Source of the DNA: Pirellulales bacterium
GTDB lineage: Bacteria; Planctomycetota; Planctomycetia; Pirellulales; PALSA-1355
Length of the DNA stretch: 64,000 nt
Assembly: GCA_963733035.1 (NCBI GenBank)
Contig: CAVTBU010000006.1
Span: forward strand, 320,001-384,000
Direction of reading: 5' to 3'
Shown here: piece after piece, positions 40,272 to 50,861 of the stretch
How positions within the stretch are numbered: the stretch's first letter is position 1
Layout: each line of letters begins with the position of its first letter
Program-made: the position numbers and the translations under genes
The notes under the pieces: model-generated
What the model saw: the letters and a program-made list of their open reading frames with translations, nothing else
Database searches by the model: none
What the model was told of the DNA's origin: nothing

Positions 40272-43088
40272 ATGTCCAATTCAATGCGGCAGGGTGTTCT
40301 GCCTGGAATGGATTCGGCCGACCCGTCGTCAGATGGGACGTCGAGCGAGGCATCGCCACCGAGTCCACCGGCGAGTCCCGAGCGCCTGCCCGCGCCCACG
40401 TCTCTTGCAGGTGAGACCGTGTGGGTCGTCGACGCGAACTCGCTGATATTTCAGGTATTCCACGCGATCCCGGAAATGACTAGCCCGCGGGGCGAACCAG
40501 TTTCGGCGGTTTACGGCTTCACGCGTGACATGCTTTACCTGCTGGAGCAAAAGAAACCGGACTACTTGTTTATTGCATTTGACGGGCCGGAGCGCACGTT
40601 TCGCCACGAAAAATACGAAGCCTACAAGGCGACGCGAAGTGAAATCCCGGTGGATCTGGCGCCGCAATTCGAACCCATTCGCCGCCTGCTGTCGGCGTTG
40701 AACTTGCCTGTTCTGGCGTGCGAAAGCTACGAGGCGGACGACTTGTTGGCCACGTTGGCCCACCAGGTAAACGAACTTGGAGGCGATTGCTATTTGGTCA
40801 CCGGAGACAAGGACGCGCGGCAACTCATCACCGAGCGGGTGAAAGTCTACAACATCCGTAGGGATCAGGTTTACGACGCGGCCGCACTAAAGGAAGACTG
40901 GGGCGTGCGGCCCGAGCAAGTCGTCGACTTTCAGTCGCTGGTTGGTGATAGCGTTGACAACGTGCCGGGCGTACCGCTAATCGGGCCCAAGATTGCCCGC
41001 GAGTATTTGCAGCAGTACGACACGCTGGACAATCTGCTCCAGCACGCCGAAGAGTTGCCCAAGGGTAAACGCCGAGATAATCTGATCAACCTCCGTGATC
41101 AGGCTCTGCTCAGCCGCGAACTCGTGCGTCTCGAACGGCACGTTCCCATCGAGATTGACTGGAACGATGCCCGGGTAAGCGGTGTGAATAGCGCTGCGTT
41201 GACGGAATTATTCAACGAGCTGGGCTTTCACAGCTTCGCTCAAAAGTTCGCCCAGCTGCCACAGCGAAAAACCAAGACTGAGTGGGCAGCCGAATACAAC
41301 TGCATTGATAGCCCGGAGCGACTTGCCTGGCTCGTCGAGCAATTGTCAGGTCAAGCGGCGATTTCCCTCGACACGGAGACAACGCATATCCATCCCCGCT
41401 TCGCCGAGATCGTCGGCTACTCGTTTGCCTGGAACGAAGGCGAGGCATACTACGTGCCGGTCAAAACGCCGTCAGGTGAGAGCCATCTCGATCCTGCGGC
41501 CACGCTCGAGGCCCTGCGCCCCGTGCTCGAGGACACAACCGTGGCCAAGGTTGGGCAAAACCTGAAGTACGACATGATCGTGCTTCGCTCGGCCGGAGTC
41601 TGCATGGCCGGCGCGCGGTTCGACAGCATGGTGGCCAGCTACCTGCTCGATGCGGGCGAACGCAATCACGGCCTCGACGAATTGGCCATGCGTTACCTCG
41701 ATCACAACACGATCAAGATTTCTGAACTCATCGGTACCGGACGAAATCAGAAGCGGATGGATGAAGTGCCCGTCGACATCATTACGCCCTATGCCGCTGA
41801 AGACGCCGATGTCGCCCTGCGGTTGCGCAGACCACTTGCCGAGCGACTGAACGAGGCGGAACTGGTGAAATTGTTTGACGAATTGGAAATGCCGCTAGTG
41901 GAAGTGCTGGTGGAGCTGGAATACAACGGCATCAAGATCGACTGCGATGTGTTGGCTCGGTTGAGCGGCGAGTACGGCGAGGTACTCGCCCGGGTCGAGC
42001 GCGAGATCTATGAGTTGGCAGGCCGTAAGTTCAACATCGGTTCGCCCAAACAATTGGCCGAGGTGTTGTTTGAGGAGCACAAATTGCCGATTCTCAAACG
42101 CACCAAGACGGGCGGCAGTACCGATGCCGACGTGCTGGAGGACTTGGCCCGCTTGCACCCCTTGCCGGCCAAGATTATCGAGTATCGGACGTATGCGAAA
42201 CTGAAGAGCACCTACGTCGACGCGCTGCCGCAACTCGTGCACCCGCAAACCGGGCGCGTGCATGCATCGTTCAATCAGGTTGTGGCAGCCACCGGGCGGC
42301 TGAGCTCGCACGATCCGAACTTGCAGAATATTCCGGTTCGCTCTCAACGCGGGCGGGAGATTCGCGCGGCGTTTCTGCCGGGATACAAAGGTTGGAAACT
42401 GTTGGCGGCCGACTACTCGCAGATCGAATTGCGTGTGCTGGCACACTTCTCCGGCGACCCGACGCTCTGCGCATCATTCCACAATGACGAGGACATTCAT
42501 GCCCGCGTGGCCAGCGAGGTTTACGGCGTGCCGCTGGAGGCGGTTACGAGCGACATGCGGCGCAGCGCAAAGGCCGTCAACTTTGGCGTGATTTACGGTC
42601 AAAGCCCGTTTGGATTGGCCAAATCGCTAAATATCGACAAGTCGGACGCGGCGGAATTTATTGATGCGTATTTTAAGCGATATCCGGGGGTCGATCGATT
42701 TCTGACCCAGATACTGGAAGCGTGCCCAAAGACTGGGTATGTTAGTACCATCCTCGGGCGAAGGCGTGCAATTCGCGGCATTCGTCGTGTCACGTCCCGC
42801 CAGCGAAACCTTCCGGAACGCACAGCGATCAACACGGTCATCCAGGGCTCGGCGGCCGATTTGATCAAGCTGGCAATGATCAACACTTACCGTCGATTGC
42901 GCCGTGAGCACCGCACTGCGCGGATGTTGCTGCAAATTCACGACGAACTTGTTTTTGAAGTCCCACCCGACGAGCTCGAGCCAGTCAGCCGCCTGGTTGT
43001 TGAAGAGATGTCAAGCGTCATGGAATTGGCCGTGCCGTTGAAAGTCGACTTGAAAATGGGAGACAACTGGGCGGATTGCCAGACGTAA
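40272..43088 (+). CDS. polA: DNA polymerase I (start uncertain)
   Basis: 5'-3' exonuclease (YEADD, GDSVDNVPGV), LDTET 3'-5' exonuclease, and TGRLSS, ADYSQIELR, KAVNFGVIYG, QIHDE. Confidence 0.98.
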   Translation: MSNSMRQGVLPGMDSADPSSDGTSSEASPPSPPASPERLPAPTSLAGETVWVVDANSLIFQVFHAIPEMTSPRGEPVSAVYGFTRDMLYLLEQKKPDYLFIAFDGPERTFRHEKYEAYKATRSEIPVDLAPQFEPIRRLLSALNLPVLACESYEADDLLATLAHQVNELGGDCYLVTGDKDARQLITERVKVYNIRRDQVYDAAALKEDWGVRPEQVVDFQSLVGDSVDNVPGVPLIGPKIAREYLQQYDTLDNLLQHAEELPKGKRRDNLINLRDQALLSRELVRLERHVPIEIDWNDARVSGVNSAALTELFNELGFHSFAQKFAQLPQRKTKTEWAAEYNCIDSPERLAWLVEQLSGQAAISLDTETTHIHPRFAEIVGYSFAWNEGEAYYVPVKTPSGESHLDPAATLEALRPVLEDTTVAKVGQNLKYDMIVLRSAGVCMAGARFDSMVASYLLDAGERNHGLDELAMRYLDHNTIKISELIGTGRNQKRMDEVPVDIITPYAAEDADVALRLRRPLAERLNEAELVKLFDELEMPLVEVLVELEYNGIKIDCDVLARLSGEYGEVLARVEREIYELAGRKFNIGSPKQLAEVLFEEHKLPILKRTKTGGSTDADVLEDLARLHPLPAKIIEYRTYAKLKSTYVDALPQLVHPQTGRVHASFNQVVAATGRLSSHDPNLQNIPVRSQRGREIRAAFLPGYKGWKLLAADYSQIELRVLAHFSGDPTLCASFHNDEDIHARVASEVYGVPLEAVTSDMRRSAKAVNFGVIYGQSPFGLAKSLNIDKSDAAEFIDAYFKRYPGVDRFLTQILEACPKTGYVSTILGRRRAIRGIRRVTSRQRNLPERTAINTVIQGSAADLIKLAMINTYRRLRREHRTARMLLQIHDELVFEVPPDELEPVSRLVVEEMSSVMELAVPLKVDLKMGDNWADCQT

Positions 43089-43109
43089 GGGGTGCCGGAC
43101 GAGTAAAGT

Positions 43110-43778
43110 ATGAAATTGCCACAAGAACGCCCGCGCAAACGAATTCCACTAATCGGCGTGGCGGGTGGCATTGCCAGCGGAAAAAGCTTGATAACCGAAC
43201 AATTGCGGAACAAGGGTGCGGCAGTAATTGTGGCCGACATGGCCGCCCATCATGTCTTAAAATTGGAGAAGGTGAAAGCGGCTGCCCGCGAGCGGTGGGG
43301 AGAGGCAATTTTCGGCCCGGACGGCGAAATCGACCGGCCACGGCTAGGAAAAATTGTATTTGCCCCGCCCCCGGCGGGGCCCCCTGAGTTAAGATACCTG
43401 GAACAACTCGTCCACCCTCACGTTCGTCAAATCATTCGTCACGAGATCGACGAGTTAACTAGCCGGCCCCAAACACGCGCCATTGTGTTGGACGTACCGC
43501 TGTTGTTCGAATCAGGTTGGAACGAGTTTTGCGATAAGATCCTGTTTGTCGATGCCCCGCGCAATATGCGCGTCCGCCGCGCCGCCGAGCGGGGGTGGAC
43601 CGCCGAGGAGTTCGACCATCGAGAAGCCGCCCAGCAGCCGCTGGAGCGCAAGCGACAGTTGGCCGACGTGATGATCGACAACGCGGGCAGCAAAAAAGAG
43701 GCTGAAGTCCAGGTCGACCTGTTCTGGCAGTCCTTGACCGACGTCGATGACGAAGCTGAAAAACCCACGTCCAAATAG
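43110..43778 (+). CDS. coaE: Dephospho-CoA kinase
   Basis: GVAGGIASGKS, IDRPRLG, LVHP and DVPLLFE. Confidence 0.95.
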   Translation: MKLPQERPRKRIPLIGVAGGIASGKSLITEQLRNKGAAVIVADMAAHHVLKLEKVKAAARERWGEAIFGPDGEIDRPRLGKIVFAPPPAGPPELRYLEQLVHPHVRQIIRHEIDELTSRPQTRAIVLDVPLLFESGWNEFCDKILFVDAPRNMRVRRAAERGWTAEEFDHREAAQQPLERKRQLADVMIDNAGSKKEAEVQVDLFWQSLTDVDDEAEKPTSK

Positions 43779-43937
43779 CCCTTGCCGTAGCCAGTTCGTC
43801 TTCCACGAATCGCCGAATTTGACTCTACTGAACTCATCCCACGTCCGTTTTCACGGTCCGATCTTTCCGGAATCACTCCCAATACCCGCCGCTGACACCT
43901 TCCGCGTGTCGGCTAGATGACCTTTCAGGAGCTGACC

Positions 43938-45374
43938 ATGGCTGAAACTCGGAGCACTGGTGCTCGCAAAACAGCAGGGACCAAAACCCATATCCCGCCT
44001 CAGGACTTCGACGGCCGCGACGGCGAGCCGCTGAGCCTGGCCGAGGAATTGGCCGATGAAGCGGCCAGCCTGGGCGACGAAACCGATGATCGCTACGAAC
44101 AAATCAAACAGGGCGATATCCATATTGCCGAGCTGCAACGGATGACGATGCCGCAGTTGATCGAGCAGGCCCGCAAGGAAAACCTGGCGGAAATCACCGG
44201 CATCAAGAAACAGGACCTGATCTTCAAGATCCTCAAGGAGCGCGTAAAGCTCAACGGTCTGATGTTCGGCGAGGGGACGCTTGAAATCCTGCCGGACGGG
44301 TTTGGCTTCTTGCGCAGTCCCGACTATCACTATCTCTCTTGTCCGGACGATATTTACGTCTCGCCAAGCCAAATTCGCCGGTTCGGTCTGCGGACGGGAG
44401 CCACGGTTTCGGGTCAAATCCGACCGCCCAAGGAAAACGAGCGGTATTTTGCTTTGTTGCGAGTTGAGGCGATCAACTATCAGGATCCGAACCAGCTTTC
44501 CGAAAAGGTTTTCTTCGATGACCTCACGCCGCTGCATCCGGACAAGCGCGTCGTGCTGGAAACGACGCCCGAAGACGTCGCCATGCGTGTGGTTGATCTG
44601 ATCGTGCCGATCGGTTTCGGGCAGCGCGGTCTGATCGTCAGCCCGCCGCGTGCCGGCAAGACGATCCTGTTGCAAAAAATGGCCAAGAGCGTGCTCACGA
44701 ACCATCCGGAGTGCTACGTGATCATGCTGTTGATCGACGAGCGACCGGAAGAAGTGACCGACATGGAGCGCCAAGTGAAGGGCCCAAACTGTGAGGTCAT
44801 CAGTTCGACGTTCGACGAACCCGCCTCGCGGCACATTCAAGTGTCGGAAATGGTCATCGAAAAGGCCAAGCGGATGGTCGAGTATGGTTACGACGTGATC
44901 ATCTTCCTCGATTCGATTACACGGCTGGCCCGCGCCTGGAACTCGGAATGTCCGCATTCGGGCAAGATCCTTTCCGGAGGCGTCGACGCCAATGCGCTGC
45001 AGCGTCCGAAGCGGTTTTTTGGCTCGGCCCGCAAGGTGGAGGAAGGGGGCTCGCTGACGATCATTGCCACGGCCCTGATTGACACCGGCAGCAAGATGGA
45101 CGAGGTGATCTTCGAGGAGTTCAAAGGTACTGGCAACTTGGAAATCGTGCTGGATCGTCGGTTGGTGGACAAACGGATTTGGCCAGCCATTGACATCAGC
45201 CGTAGCGGTACGCGCCGCGAGGAGATGTTGATGGATCCGGAGGAATACCGCCGCATTAGTATCCTGCGCCGGGTGCTCAACGACATGAACGGGCCGGACG
45301 CGATGGAATTGCTGACCACGCGGCTCGCCAAGACCAAGACCAACGCCGAGTTCCTTATGAGCATGAAGTCGTAG
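43938..45374 (+). CDS. rho: Transcription termination factor Rho
   Basis: [41 protein letters not shown] and SGTRREE. Confidence 0.98.
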   Translation: MAETRSTGARKTAGTKTHIPPQDFDGRDGEPLSLAEELADEAASLGDETDDRYEQIKQGDIHIAELQRMTMPQLIEQARKENLAEITGIKKQDLIFKILKERVKLNGLMFGEGTLEILPDGFGFLRSPDYHYLSCPDDIYVSPSQIRRFGLRTGATVSGQIRPPKENERYFALLRVEAINYQDPNQLSEKVFFDDLTPLHPDKRVVLETTPEDVAMRVVDLIVPIGFGQRGLIVSPPRAGKTILLQKMAKSVLTNHPECYVIMLLIDERPEEVTDMERQVKGPNCEVISSTFDEPASRHIQVSEMVIEKAKRMVEYGYDVIIFLDSITRLARAWNSECPHSGKILSGGVDANALQRPKRFFGSARKVEEGGSLTIIATALIDTGSKMDEVIFEEFKGTGNLEIVLDRRLVDKRIWPAIDISRSGTRREEMLMDPEEYRRISILRRVLNDMNGPDAMELLTTRLAKTKTNAEFLMSMKS

Positions 45375-45473
45375 CGCTCGATTACTGTGCGAGACCGAGC
45401 GTTTGCAAGCCCCCGAACGACATTTTCGTTGTCGTTCCACTGGGCGCGAGTTCAAAGTCGCAAGTGGTGGCCC

Positions 45474-45944
45474 GTGGCACGCGTTTTTGAAGGTCGAGTG
45501 GGAGAAACGACCGCCGGTTCGCTGGCAGTAGTCGTTTCGCGCTATAACGAATCGATCACGCGAAACTTGCTTGCAGGCACCCTCGAAACGCTACGCGAAC
45601 ACAAAATTCTGGACGAAAACGTGGATGTCGCCTGGGTGCCCGGCGCCTGGGAGATTCCATTGGTGGCCGATCGTCTGGCCCGCAGCCAGCGCTATGTGGC
45701 CGTGATTTGCCTGGGCGCCGTTATTCGTGGCGAGACCACGCACGACCGGCACATCAACCGCGCGGTCAGTACGAGCTTGGCTGAGATCGGGTTGGCCACG
45801 AAGGTACCCGTGCTGTTTGGTCTATTGACTTGCGAAACGGTCGAACAGGCGATCCACCGGTCTGGCGGCAACGTAGGTAATAAAGGTCGGGAGTGTGCCC
45901 TGGCCGCCCTGGAAATGATCGATCTGTTAGCCAAATTGGACTAG
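45474..45944 (+). CDS. ribH: 6,7-dimethyl-8-ribityllumazine synthase
   Basis: VPGAWEIP, LGAVIRGETTH and GNKGRECA. Confidence 0.95.
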   Translation: MARVFEGRVGETTAGSLAVVVSRYNESITRNLLAGTLETLREHKILDENVDVAWVPGAWEIPLVADRLARSQRYVAVICLGAVIRGETTHDRHINRAVSTSLAEIGLATKVPVLFGLLTCETVEQAIHRSGGNVGNKGRECALAALEMIDLLAKLD

Positions 45945-46028
45945 CAACGGTTGGGAACGTGACAATTGGTGCGTTTTGCGTACCGGTCGTTTTCGACACT
46001 GAGAGACACCCCGGAGTGAATTCGGTCC

Positions 46029-46436
46029 ATGACCCGTCGGACACGCGCCCGAGAAGTGGCGCTTCAGGTACTTTATCAGGATGATTTGAATCCCCGGCAC
46101 AATCCGGCCGACGCTGAGACGTTCGTCCGCGGCCGCTTGCAGGGAGACGAACTCGTCGAGTTTGCCGGCTCGCTGATTGCCGGGGTGCGCCGCAACCGTG
46201 GCGAGCTGGACGGTCTGTTGACACAAACGGCCGATCATTGGAGTTTGGAACGGATGGCCGCCACGGATCGCAACGTACTGCGGTTGGGGGCCTACGAGAT
46301 TCTGTACGCTGAAACCCCCGGCCGCGTGGCCATCAACGAAGCGGTGGAACTGGCCAAGCGATTTGGATCGCGGCAATCGGCCCAATTCGTCAACGGCATT
46401 CTCGACCGGTTGCTCGCCGGCCACGAAAAACAATAA
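46029..46436 (+). CDS. nusB: Transcription antitermination factor NusB
   Basis: RRTRAREVALQVLY, DRNVLRL, VAINEAVELAK and FVNGILD. Confidence 0.97.
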   Translation: MTRRTRAREVALQVLYQDDLNPRHNPADAETFVRGRLQGDELVEFAGSLIAGVRRNRGELDGLLTQTADHWSLERMAATDRNVLRLGAYEILYAETPGRVAINEAVELAKRFGSRQSAQFVNGILDRLLAGHEKQ

Positions 46437-46572
46437 TAGCGGCACGCGAGCATCAGGTCCGCGCGGGCAATTAGCCCCCGACTTCGTCGGGCGGCTTTTC
46501 TTGGGCAGGACGGTTTTTCGCTGTGGTGAACGCCGCACCCCGATTCTCGAACTAAAAGCCGTAGCAGCAATC

Positions 46573-47511
46573 ATGGGACTCTTCAGCAAGATCAAGCAGG
46601 GCTTGACCAAGACCAAGCAACTGCTCAATACGGATGTTCGCGACCTGTTCAAAAGCCAGGGACGGCTGATCGACGAGGAGTTCCTCGAAGAACTGATGGC
46701 CGTCCTGATCAAGACCGACATGGGCGTGCAGTCGGCCCAGGCCATCGTTGACGAAATCGGCACGAAGTTTCGGGCTCGCGTGATGCAAATGGAGGACGTG
46801 CTGGCCACCGTCAAGCAAAAGCTCAAAGAGCTGATGGCCCAGCCGGCAGAGCCGATTCGCTTCGCGGCCAGTGGACCAACGGTGATCATGGTGGCCGGAG
46901 TCAACGGGGCCGGCAAGACGACCTCCATCGCAAAGCTCACCCATCTTTTTAAATCGCAAGGCAGGTCCGTGGTGCTCGGCGCAGGCGACACCTTTCGAGC
47001 CGCGGCCGTTGAGCAGTTAACGATTTGGGCCGGTCGATTGGGAGCCGAGATCGTCAAGGGGGAGCAGGGTGCCGACCCGGCCAGCGTGGCACACAAGGCC
47101 GTGGCCCGGGCCGTCGAAACCGGTGCCGACGTGTGCATCGTGGACACCGCCGGGCGGCTGCAGACGCAGCAGAACCTAATGCAGCAACTCACGAAAATTC
47201 ACCGCGTGATTGGCAAGCAAATTCCCGAGGCCCCACACGAAGTGATCCTGGTGCTGGATGCCACGACCGGACAGAACGGAATCAGTCAGGCACGCCATTT
47301 TACCGATGCGGTAAAATGTACCGGCATTGTTCTGGCAAAGCTTGACGGTACGGCAAAAGGGGGCGTCGTAGTGGCGATCCGTCAAAACGTGGGACTTCCA
47401 GTCAAATATGTTGGTGTTGGCGAGCGACCGGAAGACTTAACCCTTTTCCTGCCTGATGATTTCGTCGACGCATTGTTCGACGATCTGCTGGAAACTCCCG
47501 GCGCGAAGTAG
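46573..47511 (+). CDS. ftsY: Signal recognition particle-docking protein FtsY
   Basis: GVNGAGKTT, DTFRAAAVEQL, DTAGRL, DATTGQNG and KLDGTAKGG. Confidence 0.97.
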   Translation: MGLFSKIKQGLTKTKQLLNTDVRDLFKSQGRLIDEEFLEELMAVLIKTDMGVQSAQAIVDEIGTKFRARVMQMEDVLATVKQKLKELMAQPAEPIRFAASGPTVIMVAGVNGAGKTTSIAKLTHLFKSQGRSVVLGAGDTFRAAAVEQLTIWAGRLGAEIVKGEQGADPASVAHKAVARAVETGADVCIVDTAGRLQTQQNLMQQLTKIHRVIGKQIPEAPHEVILVLDATTGQNGISQARHFTDAVKCTGIVLAKLDGTAKGGVVVAIRQNVGLPVKYVGVGERPEDLTLFLPDDFVDALFDDLLETPGAK

Positions 47512-47871
47512 CCGCCGGTCCTGCGGTTTTCAGCCGAGACTCTTACCACTGGCGGCATGACGGTCCTGCCCAGCCGCCTTGGTCTCCGCGCTTCGTGACG
47601 GCTGGTCCATTGGCGCATGGCGAGGTGCACGGGCCTACTCTCAACGCAGCCGGCAAGCTTTTCCTATCCTCTTGGCGATACGCTATCTGCGGCCCGAGAA
47701 AGCGGCGTTTCTGGTCAATTCGCTTCGTTCGGCGGGTCGATAGCAGCTTTGCGGAGCCGAAGTGGAGACTAGGCGGCCATTCCCCCCCTCGCGCTGCCCG
47801 CTGAGAAATCGAAGCCCACCTGAGTGTTCCCAAAAACACTCGCACCCGTTTCAATGGATTGGAGAACGGAC

Positions 47872-49350
47872 ATGAAACTCTCGAAGTTGGCACTGGCCAG
47901 CGCCATCGCTGGCCTGCTGTCGGCCGGGACCGCCTACGCCCAGAGCGGAGTGGGGCAACCCTCTTCCGTGCAGCAGACAGCGTTTGAGTACAACAGCTAC
48001 TACGCTCAAGACTACGATGAGCGTGCTGGCGCCAAGGAACGCGGCATTGAAGGCGAAACCGACCCGATGGCTCTCCCGAGTCAACCGGATGTTTCCACCC
48101 CGGAAGCAGAAGAGAGCTTCGGCAACGGTGCCGGAACGCTCTTGAATCCGTGTTGCTGCCTCGGCGACGAATGGCGCATCTTTCAAAACGAATGCCTCGA
48201 CTGTCGCGGCATTACCGTGAACGGCTGGCTCGCGTGGAATCCATACACCTGGAACACCTCGAACCCGGCTGATCGCTTCAACGGCCCGGTCACCTGGACT
48301 GACCGTGCAAACGTCCCGACCGTGAACCAGCTCTATCTGTTCGCCGAAAAGGCGACGGACGGTACTGGTGGCTGGGACTTTGGTTGGCGCATCGACGGTA
48401 TGTACGGCACCGACGCCCGTTTCACGACGGCCTCGGGTTTGGAAACCCGCAGCTACTTCTCCTCGCCGAAGTGGAGCACGCAGCGGTTTTACGGTCCGGC
48501 GTTGCCGCAGTTCTACGTGGAAGGTGCCTACAATGACTTGAAAGTCAAAGTAGGACACTACTACGCACCGGTCGGATACGAAGTTGTGCCGACCACCGGC
48601 AACTTCTTCCCCAACCTACCTTATACCTTCCAATACGGCGAACCGTTTACGTTCACCGGCGTGCAGGCCACTTGGCAGTACTCCGAGAACGTGGCGATCG
48701 GCGGTGGTGCGATGCAAGGTTGGGACAACTTCGACAACTCCAATCCCAACACGGGTTTCAATATTACCTACGTCGAGAACTTCCAAGACGGTGCTTCGCT
48801 GGCCATTACTTCGGTGGCGAGCAATGAATTGACGCAAGCGGGAACCTACCGCAACCGCTATTTGCAAACGAACGTCTATAGCCGGCCGCTCACGCGGATC
48901 AGCGATCGTCTGAATTACGTCGCCCAGAGCGACTTTGGTTACCAGAACGACGCTTTGCTCAACGGTCATGACGCATACTGGTACGGCTTGAACCAATACC
49001 TGTTCTACAAGGTCAGCGACTGCATGACCTACGGTATCCGCGCCGAATGGTTCCGCGACCAGAACGGCTACCGTGTCGGCGGGTTCTTGGGACCAACGAC
49101 GGGCGCCCCGGGGGCTCCCCAGCGTGGTCTCTCGACCAGCCGCTACGGCTATGCCGGCAGCTTCTACGAGGTCACCATCGGTGCCAACTGGAAGTACAGT
49201 GCCAACACCACGGTTCGCCCCTATGTGCGATTCGACTGGTTCAGTGGCAGCACCGATCCGGCGGTCAACCCGACGAACCTGCGGCCCTTCGACGGTGGAT
49301 TTGGCAACAGCCAGACCCTCATCGGCGGCGACATCGTGACGATCTTCTAA
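47872..49350 (+). CDS. Outer-membrane beta-barrel porin, planctomycete BBP2-like
   Basis: Signal peptide, NQLYL, MYGTDARF, LPQFYVE, GYEVV, RAEWFRD, alternating beta pattern and terminal Phe. Confidence 0.8.
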   Translation: MKLSKLALASAIAGLLSAGTAYAQSGVGQPSSVQQTAFEYNSYYAQDYDERAGAKERGIEGETDPMALPSQPDVSTPEAEESFGNGAGTLLNPCCCLGDEWRIFQNECLDCRGITVNGWLAWNPYTWNTSNPADRFNGPVTWTDRANVPTVNQLYLFAEKATDGTGGWDFGWRIDGMYGTDARFTTASGLETRSYFSSPKWSTQRFYGPALPQFYVEGAYNDLKVKVGHYYAPVGYEVVPTTGNFFPNLPYTFQYGEPFTFTGVQATWQYSENVAIGGGAMQGWDNFDNSNPNTGFNITYVENFQDGASLAITSVASNELTQAGTYRNRYLQTNVYSRPLTRISDRLNYVAQSDFGYQNDALLNGHDAYWYGLNQYLFYKVSDCMTYGIRAEWFRDQNGYRVGGFLGPTTGAPGAPQRGLSTSRYGYAGSFYEVTIGANWKYSANTTVRPYVRFDWFSGSTDPAVNPTNLRPFDGGFGNSQTLIGGDIVTIF

Positions 49351-49393
49351 GGGAAGATCACCGGCTCATTGTTCGAGAACTTTGCAGAAACGG

Positions 49394-49430
49394 AAAGCGG
49401 GGTGGCCGATCTTGGCCACCCCGCTTTTTT
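49394..49430 (+). terminator. Intrinsic terminator after the porin gene, possibly bidirectional
   Basis: 14-bp stem AAAGCGGGGTGGCC / GGCCACCCCGCTTT plus T-run, between convergent genes. Confidence 0.88.
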
Positions 49431-49472
49431 GTTGCGCTGTGAGAGGCTTGCGGCCTCGCTCGAATTGGCAAC

Positions 49473-49862
49473 TTAGTAGTTGCCATTGATTTTCGAGCCG
49501 GCCGAACGGAACCCGTAGGAGCCGATGATTTGCCGGTTGCGCACTGAATTGGGGAAGCCGCCGACGATTGGCGTGCCGAACATTCTGGCTGTGGCCGAAT
49601 TGCCTTCCGCTACGTTGCCATCCGTGTACGAGAAGCTGCGAGTGACACCAGGTTGGTAGTCAATCCACGCATTGCCGTTCCAGACCTTCCAGTTCTTTTG
49701 CTGTGGCATCCAGTACCACCACTGGCCATTGTAGTAGCGATAGTTTGGATCCTTTGCCGCCTGGGTCGTCTTGTTGTCCTTCGATTCATCGGCCCGGGTG
49801 GTGCTCAGGCACACAATCGAAGTCACAGCCACGAGGGCCAACAATACAAAGAGCTTACGCAT
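49473..49862 (-). CDS. Small secreted Trp/Tyr-rich hypothetical protein
   Basis: Signal peptide MRKLFVLLAL..TRA, RYYNGQWWYW..WKVWNG..W segment, AGGAG upstream. Confidence 0.75.
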   Translation of the reverse strand: MRKLFVLLALVAVTSIVCLSTTRADESKDNKTTQAAKDPNYRYYNGQWWYWMPQQKNWKVWNGNAWIDYQPGVTRSFSYTDGNVAEGNSATARMFGTPIVGGFPNSVRNRQIIGSYGFRSAGSKINGNY

Positions 49863-50494
49863 GGTCCCGTTCTCCTGGTTCAAAAGAGATGTCCGCCTTG
49901 GCGCCGATCTCAGCCGACGCTCAAACTTATAGAACCGATAGTGCCGGGAGCGACTTCAAGTTCCGGCCGTTTGCATTGCGATCGCCCGGCCGCCCCCGGA
50001 CATTCATCTACAATTGTAGGCCACCAGGACCGACAAGAAGACCGCTTGTGTCCCTTTTTTGGAAGCATGATTGTTCGAGATTTGGGCATTTTTTGGCCAC
50101 CGGTCTTGGATTTCCAGGTCGCGTCCGCACCCGCGAGCATCGTGACCTCGGTCCCTAAGGCACCCAGATGTTCCCGATAAAATGCCCAATGGCAGATGCA
50201 CGGTGTCAGTGCCCGAGTATCAAGCAAATCCCTACAAATCGGCTGAGTGTGCGACCGGCTGGCTAGCGGTCATGACTGCAAGTTAGGCAGATTCCGCGAT
50301 GCGCATCGGGTGCTACGATGCTTTGCCCAAAGGCAATGCGGTGTATGTCGCGCAGTTGGGCAGAGACGGGGACGCACGCGAGCAGCTAGACCGAATCAAC
50401 CGAGATGTTCCGCGATTCGGTTGTCAACGCAAGTCTTTTGCAATCAGAGAGATGGAGTGTTCGACGGCCTTTTTTCAGAGTGACTTGCAACTCC

Positions 50495-50510
50495 TGGCAC
50501 GGTGATTGCA
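50495..50510 (+). promoter_or_regulatory. Sigma54 (-24/-12) promoter
   Basis: TGGCAC-GGTGA-TTGCA with exact GG-N10-GC spacing, upstream of a P-II gene. Confidence 0.85.
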
Positions 50511-50520
50511 ATTCTCCCCT

Positions 50521-50689
50521 GCCGCACTTGCAACCGCGAGCGTCAACGGGACCTGTGAGCCGGTTTTGCAGCGGTCGCGAGCATTGACAAGACATCGGCG
50601 AAAACTTCGGCTCTTGCCTGGGCCAGAAGGATGCCCCTTTGGCTTGGGTAGGTATCCGCCTAACCTGCCCAAGCCAGGGGCCTTTTTTA
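50521..50689 (+). ncRNA. Candidate sigma54-dependent sRNA or attenuating leader
   Basis: Starts at the predicted sigma54 +1, has two 5' hairpins and ends in a strong intrinsic terminator. No credible ORF. Confidence 0.55.
50633..50688 (+). terminator. Intrinsic terminator between the sigma54 promoter and the P-II gene
   Basis: GCCCC-tt-TGGCTTGGGTAGGT / ACCTGCCCAAGCCA-GGGGC followed by TTTTTT. Confidence 0.85.
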
Positions 50690-50861
50690 TTGGTGCCCCC
50701 GAGTTAATGTGCACTTCGCGTTTTCCTCTCGCGTATCGCCGCACCGCCTCCGCCCCGTCGCTCGTTGCTCCAACCACGTCGTGTCGTTAGAACTAAGCTA
50801 CTAGGAACGCGCAGCCGGGCAGGCGCGCGGGTGGGCCGGTTAGCCTCGGAGAATCAGTTAC

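Noticed and set aside
50584..50612. TTGACA as a sigma70 -35 inside the candidate RNA
   Set aside because: No -10 hexamer at 16-18 nt spacing.
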